IMG/VR virus record: IMGVR_UViG_3300043567_000723
From: a virus
Lineage: Duplodnaviria; Caudoviricetes
Reading direction: 5' to 3' (one strand)
Length of the DNA stretch: 64,000 bases
Both the position numbers and the translations under genes were made by a program. Below the pieces are notes generated by a model. That model searched no databases, was not told the DNA's origin, and saw only the letters and a program-made list of their open reading frames with translations. Shown one piece after another: positions 57,010 to 64,000 of this stretch (positions within the stretch are counted from its first letter, which is position 1; each line of letters begins with the position of its first letter).

Positions 57010-57648
57010 ATGCCGAAGTACAGGATGTACAAAGACCCCAAGACATTTGGGGCCAAGCTTGATAAAAAGCCGGCTGACGCAATCCGATTCCTTGGGCTTG
57101 ATCTTGGCAGTAACTGCGGTGCGGCTGTTTATGACTTTATCCCCGGTAAAAAAATGCTGCAAGACAAGCTGCAGCTTTTTCAATGGGATTTGTCTACGCA
57201 GGGTTTAGAGTCTGGCGCTGCTCGTTTTGTTCGCCTGCGGGCTTTCTTGAACACTGTGTGCCCTGATGTTATCGGCTACGAAGACGTAAAATATACGCCG
57301 CCCCGCGAGTTTTTTGTAAACAAGAAATTCGGTATTCCTGCTGTGTTATCTCGCGTCGCTACGGCATCTGAAGTTCTCGGCGGCATGAAGGTCACTGTAG
57401 CCACATGGGCCGAAGAAGCCGATTTGCTGGCGCAGGGTTTTGCTATCAGTACGATTAAGAAATTCGCTACTGGTAACGGCAAGTCAAACAAGGAAGACAT
57501 GATTGCGGCAGCGAATAAAACGCTGGGTGCCGCGTTTGACGCAGATAAGTATAAATCCACCGGTATTGATAACGTTGTCGACGCTGCGTTTGTATTACTC
57601 TTGCTTATTCAGACAACAAACGCCGGACTAATCAATACAAAGAAATAG
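57010..57648 (+). CDS. ruvC: RuvC-like Holliday junction resolvase
   Basis: FLGLDLGSNCG, IGYE, IKKFATGNGKSNKEDM, NVVDA. Confidence 0.85.
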   Translation: MPKYRMYKDPKTFGAKLDKKPADAIRFLGLDLGSNCGAAVYDFIPGKKMLQDKLQLFQWDLSTQGLESGAARFVRLRAFLNTVCPDVIGYEDVKYTPPREFFVNKKFGIPAVLSRVATASEVLGGMKVTVATWAEEADLLAQGFAISTIKKFATGNGKSNKEDMIAAANKTLGAAFDADKYKSTGIDNVVDAAFVLLLLIQTTNAGLINTKK

Positions 57649-57650
57649 CG

Positions 57651-58295
57651 ATGTCGCGGCCTGACACATTTCGAGAAGCCGACGTCATATCTGGCGCTGA
57701 CGCGATACCGGTAATATCTTTTACGGACGCTCTGAGTCAGCGCGATAACCCGGTAGTTCTTTTTACGCCGGCGCTTCTTTTCACGCACGGTGGTTTCGAC
57801 AGAGATCCGGTCATTGAGTTCGACGCGCGCTTTCCAGCCGAGTCGTCAAACTTGCGGCCGTTCTGTATCGACCTGACGAGAGATCGAGAATTTTTCTTTA
57901 AAGGCTTTGGCAACTTACCGGCGCCCAGTCGGCAAAAAATTATTAACTGGGATAAGCGCGTCTACGGTATTGCAGCGGAGCGCAAAGAAGAGTGTTTCGA
58001 GTTTCTTGGCGGCATTGCGTTTTCAAATCCAAAAACCGGTGTGTTTGCAAATACGTTCTCGCACGTAATACATGTCACAGATCCGACATCGCGCTCAGGG
58101 CAGGTACTGGATATAACTGTATTTGGCGTTATGTCTAACGTGGCTGTCGTGTATGTTGAGCAGCGTTTAAAGGGTCCGGGTATCGTGCGGTCTGTGAGCA
58201 TGAAGGCGTACAACGCAATACCGAAATCAATTCGTGAGGCCGGATTGCTTGGTGGTTTCACCGGCGAAGACCCGTTGAGTATGCGAGATAAATAA
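57651..58295 (+). CDS. hypothetical protein
   Basis: Intact ORF. Confidence 0.6.
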   Translation: MSRPDTFREADVISGADAIPVISFTDALSQRDNPVVLFTPALLFTHGGFDRDPVIEFDARFPAESSNLRPFCIDLTRDREFFFKGFGNLPAPSRQKIINWDKRVYGIAAERKEECFEFLGGIAFSNPKTGVFANTFSHVIHVTDPTSRSGQVLDITVFGVMSNVAVVYVEQRLKGPGIVRSVSMKAYNAIPKSIREAGLLGGFTGEDPLSMRDK

Positions 58296-58729
58296 TGAGC
58301 GATACTGATAACAATGAAACTGTGTCTTCGCCAGTTAAATACTATGCGGTTGTTTTGCATATCGACGGCACGCTCGCCGCGGAAGAGTTTGAGACGCTGC
58401 CGGATTTGGTAGCAAGACTCAAAGCGCTCATAGACCGCGACGTTTCTGTTTTCAGTTTTGCCGGTACGCGGTTTCATATATCAAAACCGCCGTTCAGACA
58501 CCTACTTACGGCAGACGGCCCTGTGCCGCTTTTTGATATTCCAAAAGAGAACTTCGAACCCGATGAAACTGGGTATCTCGGCGTTGATCCGGCGCACCTA
58601 GAAAATCCACCAGAGATTAAATCGCCGACAGTAAACAAGTCGTCTACACCCACTAACGAATTCTTCTCCGACGACGACGAAAACGTAATAAACGTTTTTG
58701 ATGGCATTCTGCCAGACCCGGATAGCTGA
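58295..58729 (+). CDS. hypothetical protein
   Basis: TAATG overlap. Confidence 0.6.
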   Translation: MSDTDNNETVSSPVKYYAVVLHIDGTLAAEEFETLPDLVARLKALIDRDVSVFSFAGTRFHISKPPFRHLLTADGPVPLFDIPKENFEPDETGYLGVDPAHLENPPEIKSPTVNKSSTPTNEFFSDDDENVINVFDGILPDPDS

Positions 58730-59052
58730 GCTAAATTTTTTGGCATATGCGGGCATATTTATTGTGTCCCGTGTTCTTCTGTTTGCCGCGGGCTCAGTTT
58801 AAATACGGTAGCAGTATCGCTGCCCGGGGGTTTTATGCTTGCGCGACGTAATTTGTTTTAGGGGGCGCCCTGTCCGTAGACAGGAGACCCTCGACATTAG
58901 TCGGATACTCGTGCAATTTTTTGACAAAGACGTCTACGGCGCCTGCGAAGAGATTATCGTAACGCCGCGGGAATGGACTTTGTTTTCTTCGAAGAATTTC
59001 AACCGACGTCCAAGTAGGGACAACGGTATAACCTTGTATGAAGGAGCAGAAA

Positions 59053-60255
59053 ATGAACGGAAAAGAAATCGTAAAGATGCAGGCTGCAGGCGTGCAGGCT
59101 TTCGATCGCGTTAGCGCACGGTGCGAAGGACTCGTAGCCGTGAGCTGGCTGGCCGGAGAAGACCGGACGTTCGACGAGAAGTTGCGTCGGTTTGGTGACG
59201 TTGTTCGCCCAACCGCGTTAGTTCTTGAGGTTACTCAGTATGGTGGTTTGACGTTATCAGTTGCGATTGTAAAACCGCAAGATGGTACCCCTGTTTTTGA
59301 AACATTAGGCAAGTGGGATTTTAGAGCGCCAATTTCGCCTCGCGGGAAAAAGTCGCAAATGAATCTCAACCGGCTAAAGCATCGTTTAAACGCTAAGCGT
59401 GCCTGCGATATGCTGCACGTAATTTCTGACTTTGGCTACGCCGACAGGCGCGGCGAAGCTCCAAAGTTGTCTACGGCAAGGTGGCCGCAAGTTTGGGTTC
59501 CGTTTTATACGGGCAGAGAAGTCGTCGACCGTGATCGGTTGACGGCACTGGCTCTTCGGACCGCGCCAGAGTCTCTTCTGGAAATGCAATGCAGTCGGCT
59601 ATACGACGAGCTTGTACGGCCAAATGGCGACACTACTTTAGTAGCCGCTGTTATTGCCGATCCAGAAGACGTGGCTGATGCAGTCCGTCGTGATCGTGCG
59701 CTGGAGGATTTTTCTCCGGTACTTGGTGCCCTAGACCGAAACCCTTTTGTGGGCGTAGATAACTTAGTTATTTCTTTCCCAAATCCAGCCGGCAAAATTC
59801 TAAGCCGCCGTGGAATTGCGGAAATTGATAACCATACGTCGCAAACCGTCGTCGATGAGATTGCAGCCGAGATTCGTTTAACGATGCCTGATATCGAAAT
59901 CTCAGAGTCAGAGGTGGCCGAGGCCATTCTTGATACTGACGCGCCGATTCGGGTGGCGGTGGATGTTAAAACGGCTGTCAACGATATGCCGGATACCGCG
60001 GCGTCTATTTTGCGGTATCAGGCTTCTAAGCGAGCGCAGCGGGAGGCTACGGATCAGGAGCTATTTACAGCTTTGGCAGATCCGAGTAAACCTTTGGTAA
60101 TGCACAGGCTCAGCACTATTCAGGTTAACGACATCGCGGCGTGGCAGAACATGCCGCGTCCGTATGCCGGTGACCTACTAGCGCCCATAGACTGGCAGCC
60201 CGCTTACAGGTTTCATACAGCACCTGTCGAGGAAACTACTGCTGAAGTAGTGTGA
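59053..60255 (+). CDS. hypothetical protein (400 aa)
   Basis: AAGGAG SD before the ATG at 59053. Confidence 0.65.
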   Translation: MNGKEIVKMQAAGVQAFDRVSARCEGLVAVSWLAGEDRTFDEKLRRFGDVVRPTALVLEVTQYGGLTLSVAIVKPQDGTPVFETLGKWDFRAPISPRGKKSQMNLNRLKHRLNAKRACDMLHVISDFGYADRRGEAPKLSTARWPQVWVPFYTGREVVDRDRLTALALRTAPESLLEMQCSRLYDELVRPNGDTTLVAAVIADPEDVADAVRRDRALEDFSPVLGALDRNPFVGVDNLVISFPNPAGKILSRRGIAEIDNHTSQTVVDEIAAEIRLTMPDIEISESEVAEAILDTDAPIRVAVDVKTAVNDMPDTAASILRYQASKRAQREATDQELFTALADPSKPLVMHRLSTIQVNDIAAWQNMPRPYAGDLLAPIDWQPAYRFHTAPVEETTAEVV

Positions 60256-60256
60256 C

Positions 60257-60544
60257 ATGCGCTATTTTATCAAACCGCAAAACAACGTTGCGTTATCGTG
60301 GCTATTAGACATAGACGCGGTACCGAGCACGTTGCCGTTTTTTCCAGAAAACGGTGATAGCGGTTTGGTAGTAGCACAGTTAATCTCCGGCAAAATACTC
60401 GCAGAAGTATTGCCGACGGCTGGGCATGTCAAGCTGGTATGCGGCGGCGGCGTTCCACTTGGTCGGCTGTATTTTCGAATTCCGAAAGAACAGCTATACG
60501 AAGTGTGTGACGATTTGACGCCAGAATCTTTCGGGGGGCAGTAG
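60257..60544 (+). CDS. hypothetical protein
   Basis: Intact ORF. Confidence 0.55.
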   Translation: MRYFIKPQNNVALSWLLDIDAVPSTLPFFPENGDSGLVVAQLISGKILAEVLPTAGHVKLVCGGGVPLGRLYFRIPKEQLYEVCDDLTPESFGGQ

Positions 60545-60585
60545 GGCCCAACTACTCCCCCCTTTTTTTAGCTATTGGAGATTTT

Positions 60586-61527
60586 ATGGACGGTTACGGA
60601 GATCCTTCAACGACGCGGCTCGAAAACGGCCGCTCCATGTCCGAGCTTATGCGCGGCGGTGTTAAGGGTTTGCGTGGTGTCGTTGTTGCGCCGTCAACAC
60701 CCGGCGGCGTACCGATCAATTTTGACCCGCACGACCGCAGCAAAATTCAAATTAATGTGATCGACCCAAACGGCTCAAACGTGGGCGGCTTGCGGCTAGA
60801 CAGCGTAAGCCGAGAGTCCGTAGAGCAGGCAATGGCGCACGCCAAAGAGCAAATACACGGTAATGATATCAATTCAATTAGGGAGCGGGCCGCAATGGTA
60901 TTCGAAGAATTGGCGAAACTGGAGAAATCAAGCGTGCAGCGTGTTCCAGTTAAACAAACCTCATCGCCACGCCCGCGCCAAGTAGTCGCGCCAAGAACAG
61001 ACGATGAGTTTGAGCAGCAGGTTGTGGCCGAGCTGGAAACAGAGTCTGAGCTGCTCGCTGCGGCCCCACAACCGCGTCTACCGCCGATTGAGCAGATTGA
61101 CCGCGGCTACAGTCCTATGGCCGCTTTTGGTCTTAAAAAGCAAGCTATGCAGATTCAAACGCCCGCTATAAATCCGGCGCACAAAGCCGGCCCACCGCAG
61201 AAATTAGTTTACTTTGAGAAAGAGGGTATTGGGACAGTTCCCGCATTTTTCCATGACGTAATAGTGTCTATTTCCCGCAAGGAAACCGACAGCACGGAAG
61301 AGAGCGGGTTTATTGTACTAATCTACGATTTGCGTTTTGAGCAAAATGCCGCACGCTGGTTTCCGCCCTCAAACGATCCGTATCAACGCCCGTGGGCAGC
61401 CAAGATTAGCGATGATCGGCGTTTATACCTTGTTCATACGACGGGATTTCAGTATGTTTATGATAACCGCGAGTATTGCATTTTACTCGTTGAGCGGGCC
61501 CTTCGGGCGAATTACGACGAGGAATGA
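60586..61527 (+). CDS. hypothetical protein (313 aa)
   Basis: GGAG SD; intact ORF. Confidence 0.65.
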   Translation: MDGYGDPSTTRLENGRSMSELMRGGVKGLRGVVVAPSTPGGVPINFDPHDRSKIQINVIDPNGSNVGGLRLDSVSRESVEQAMAHAKEQIHGNDINSIRERAAMVFEELAKLEKSSVQRVPVKQTSSPRPRQVVAPRTDDEFEQQVVAELETESELLAAAPQPRLPPIEQIDRGYSPMAAFGLKKQAMQIQTPAINPAHKAGPPQKLVYFEKEGIGTVPAFFHDVIVSISRKETDSTEESGFIVLIYDLRFEQNAARWFPPSNDPYQRPWAAKISDDRRLYLVHTTGFQYVYDNREYCILLVERALRANYDEE

Positions 61528-61676
61528 AAATGGAAAAACGTGGTGTCATTAAAGCCGGCCTAACTCCGCCAGTTGAACAGGACGAGCCGGTATCAAAAAG
61601 TCAGGAAAAGCGCGCTACAATCCAGCAGCTGGATGACGACTTACGCAAGCGCGCGGCCGAAGCAGCCAGTAAATAA
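61524..61676 (+). CDS. small hypothetical protein (50 aa, not in track)
   Basis: MKMEKRGVIKAGLTPPVEQDEPVSKSQEKRATIQQLDDDLRKRAAEAASK*; ATGA overlap. Confidence 0.55.
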   Translation: MKMEKRGVIKAGLTPPVEQDEPVSKSQEKRATIQQLDDDLRKRAAEAASK

Positions 61677-61687
61677 ACGAGGCTCCT

Positions 61688-63634
61688 GTGTCGCTACAAC
61701 CCACAGCTTCAATGGGCTACAACTCTCTCGGCCGCGGTGCGCAGGCTGACGAGCGGTTCCCAGATCCGTTTTGTGACATAGCCAGCCTGTCGATGCCTGA
61801 GAGCATCCAGTCTGCGCTTCGTTGGACAGAATACATCATGAACGCGAACGGCCCTTATCGGCAGGCCGTTGATCGCGTTGTGTCTTATTTTATTACCGAC
61901 GTCGAAGTTAGCGATGTCGGTGAAAATAAAACAGGGCGCGAAGAGAAAGAAAAATATCAGACGTTTCTTGAAGATACGTTGAGCATAAAGAACGTACTGC
62001 ATTCCGTAGCCATGGATTACATGACTTACGGTAACTCCTTCACGAGCGTCCTTGTTCCTTTCCGGCGCTATCTGTCGTGTAAAAAATGCGGCCTTGAGAT
62101 GCCGCTGGACCGTGTTCATAACTCAAAATCGTGTGCTTTTTCGTGGCAGAACTTTGAATTTCATGCCACGTGCCCGAACTGCAAATATGTCGGCCCTTGG
62201 AAACACATCGACCGGCGCAGCGGAGATACAGGGCATATAACAGTTAAACGCTGGAGCCCGCACGAAATAGATATCTTATGGGATCCGTATACGGGCGAAT
62301 GCAGCTATGTGTGGAAAATCCCAGAAGACTACCGCAATCTGATTAAAGCTGGTCACCTGCACCACATTGAACGCGCAAGCTGGGAGATTATTCAGGCCGT
62401 CAAGAACGGCCAGAATCTAATGTTTGATAAAGGCGTGGTCTTCCACTTGTCTGAAGATCCGCTGGCCGGCATGCGCAATCGCGGTTGGGGTATTTCGCGC
62501 ATACTCGTTAATTTTCGCCAAGCGTGGTATTATCAGATTCTGCAGCGCTACAACGAAGCTATCGCGCTTGACTACATCATTCCATTCCGCGTCATCACGC
62601 CGCAGCCTCGCGGTGGTGACGGACAATCAGCAGACCCAGTCCACACGATTAATCTGTCGAGCTTCACAGCCCGCGTTAATTCGATGATTCGCGCGCGGCG
62701 TACTGACCCGGCGCGCTGGAACGTGCTGCCGTTTCCGGTGAACTATCAGGCCCTTGGCGGCGACGCGTCTCAATTAGCGCCGCGCGACTTAATTGAGCAG
62801 GGCCTTGAAACGTTGCTTAAATGCATCGGCATGCCAGTTGAGCTATTTAACGGTTCGCTGTCGTTCCAGTCTGCGCCAGCTGCGCTTCGCTTATTTGAGG
62901 CAAATTGGAGCCACTTACCGCACAATTTAAATATCTTTTTGAACGAGCTGGTTGGGCAAGTATCGAAGATTATGTCGTGGGATCCTGTAAGCGCCCGGCT
63001 CGTAAGAGTCACGCACGCCGACGATCTCAACCGTCAGATGGCCAAGCTGCAGCTTATGCAGGGCCAGCAGATCAGCAAACGCACTGGTCTCAAGAGCGTT
63101 GGCTTGGATTACCAAGACGAAGTCAAGCAAATGCTCGAAGAGGAAAAGATCTACGCGGACGAGCAGGAGCGCATGCAGGTCGAGATGCAGCAGGCTCAGT
63201 CGATGAAGGACATGAGCCAATCGCCCGACATGATGATGGGCGCTGGCAATACAGGCGCAAGCGCAACTGGTATGCCCGCGCCGCCAGCACAGGGTGCACC
63301 GGCTGGTGGTCAACCGCAAGCCGGCGCTATGCCGGGACAGGCGCCAAGTCCAGTCGATCAGTTCCTCGCACAACGTCAGAACTCGCCGAATGTCCCGCGC
63401 ACGCCGGAAGAATTACAGCAACAAGCGCAGCTGATTGCGAACCAGCTGTTGTCTATGCCGGAGTCGATCAAGGACGGCGAGCTGCTCAAACTAAAACGCT
63501 CGGACGCCACGATGCACGCACTCGTTACAAGCATTATCGACGACATACGCCAGCAGGCGCGTTCGCAGGGCGGCGCTATGGTAATGGCGCAGCAATTTGG
63601 TCAGGGCCAGCCGCAGGGGGCGCCACCGGTTTAA
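61688..63634 (+). CDS. probable portal protein
   Basis: Size (648 aa) and portal-like segments DYMTYGNSF, RWSPHEI, VFHL...RGWGIS and KCIGMPVELF; long Q/P/A/G C-terminal tail. Confidence 0.6.
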   Translation: MSLQPTASMGYNSLGRGAQADERFPDPFCDIASLSMPESIQSALRWTEYIMNANGPYRQAVDRVVSYFITDVEVSDVGENKTGREEKEKYQTFLEDTLSIKNVLHSVAMDYMTYGNSFTSVLVPFRRYLSCKKCGLEMPLDRVHNSKSCAFSWQNFEFHATCPNCKYVGPWKHIDRRSGDTGHITVKRWSPHEIDILWDPYTGECSYVWKIPEDYRNLIKAGHLHHIERASWEIIQAVKNGQNLMFDKGVVFHLSEDPLAGMRNRGWGISRILVNFRQAWYYQILQRYNEAIALDYIIPFRVITPQPRGGDGQSADPVHTINLSSFTARVNSMIRARRTDPARWNVLPFPVNYQALGGDASQLAPRDLIEQGLETLLKCIGMPVELFNGSLSFQSAPAALRLFEANWSHLPHNLNIFLNELVGQVSKIMSWDPVSARLVRVTHADDLNRQMAKLQLMQGQQISKRTGLKSVGLDYQDEVKQMLEEEKIYADEQERMQVEMQQAQSMKDMSQSPDMMMGAGNTGASATGMPAPPAQGAPAGGQPQAGAMPGQAPSPVDQFLAQRQNSPNVPRTPEELQQQAQLIANQLLSMPESIKDGELLKLKRSDATMHALVTSIIDDIRQQARSQGGAMVMAQQFGQGQPQGAPPV

Positions 63635-63640
63635 TCGCAG

Positions 63641-64000
63641 ATGCGCATTGGTATTTACACACACTATGCTCACTGCGACGAGGCGTATTTTGCCATACGC
63701 CTTGCCGATTTTTTACGTGCGCAAGGCATTGACTGCGGCATTTATTCAGATGCGCCGCCAGCAAAGTTACGCACCGCTCACGACGGCGCTGTTTGCCATA
63801 AAAAGAAACGCAGCTTTTCTTCGTGGGTCAAAGACTGCTCTACGATTATTTGGACGCACCCACCAAAACTAGACACGCTGAGTTACACAAAGCGTTTGGG
63901 CATTCGTACGTTTATCGTACCTATGTGGCAGGAACTGTTGCGCCCGTTTCGTAAAGTTCTTCAGCGGGCGGATCACGTTATTGTGATGAGCGCGGAAGAG
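63641..64000 (+). CDS. glycosyltransferase (GT-B/GT4-like N-terminus), 3'-truncated, not in track
   Basis: Open to the window end: MRIGIYTHYAHCDEAYFAIRLADFLRAQGIDCGIY...IIWTH...VLQRADHVIVMSAE. Confidence 0.6.
   Translation, partial: MRIGIYTHYAHCDEAYFAIRLADFLRAQGIDCGIYSDAPPAKLRTAHDGAVCHKKKRSFSSWVKDCSTIIWTHPPKLDTLSYTKRLGIRTFIVPMWQELLRPFRKVLQRADHVIVMSAEE

Noticed and set aside
62905-63732. 275-aa alternative-frame ORF and other long overlapping ORFs (e.g. 46594..47232, 48496..49026, 56650..57183)
   Set aside because: They lie within well-supported genes, with R/A-rich or featureless translations typical of off-frame reading in GC-rich codons.
1-64000. CRISPR array, TIGR-type (about 36-nt) array or 5-nt-period GGY/NN repeat tract that could guide the RAMP or IS110-like proteins
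   Set aside because: I read the intergenic gaps on both strands and found no regularly spaced direct repeats; the genes around 37179-38624 leave no non-coding space. A by-eye scan could miss a degenerate array.
1-64000. Stop-codon reassignment (alternative genetic code)
   Set aside because: Core genes are full length in code 11 and end at TAG (polA, dnaB, SSB-like), TGA (terL, sbcC) and TAA (portal, recA).

Overview
The window is part of a large tailed dsDNA phage genome in genetic code 11, with every convincing gene on the + strand except a lone GpA-type terminase large subunit (562..2481, -). About 2.5-28 kb is an accessory region of small genes. It includes a DUF1257/DUF2997/AAA module, a secreted Cys-rich protein, nucleotide pyrophosphatases and a tandem family of 'LTDEERE...LRGLLER' ORFs punctuated by integron attC-like sites. 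About 28-58 kb is a replication/recombination block: DEDDh exonuclease, tRNA-Gln, SbcD/SbcC, SF2 helicase, DnaB, primase, UDG-PolA fusion, probable SSB, RecA and RuvC. A probable portal gene and a truncated glycosyltransferase lie at the right end. The strongest novelty candidate is a pair of genes for two RNA-guide-associated folds, wedged between sbcC and the SF2 helicase with no adjacent array: a catalytically degenerate IS110/Nop-like protein (37179..38120) and a Cas7-like RAMP (38124..38624). Also notable are a canonical attC site with two degenerate copies but no integrase, an HTH-deoxyhypusine-synthase-like fusion and an inactive HUH Rep-like protein. Several families point to a Planctomycetota host (inference). 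All family assignments come from motif recognition by eye; no searches were run.
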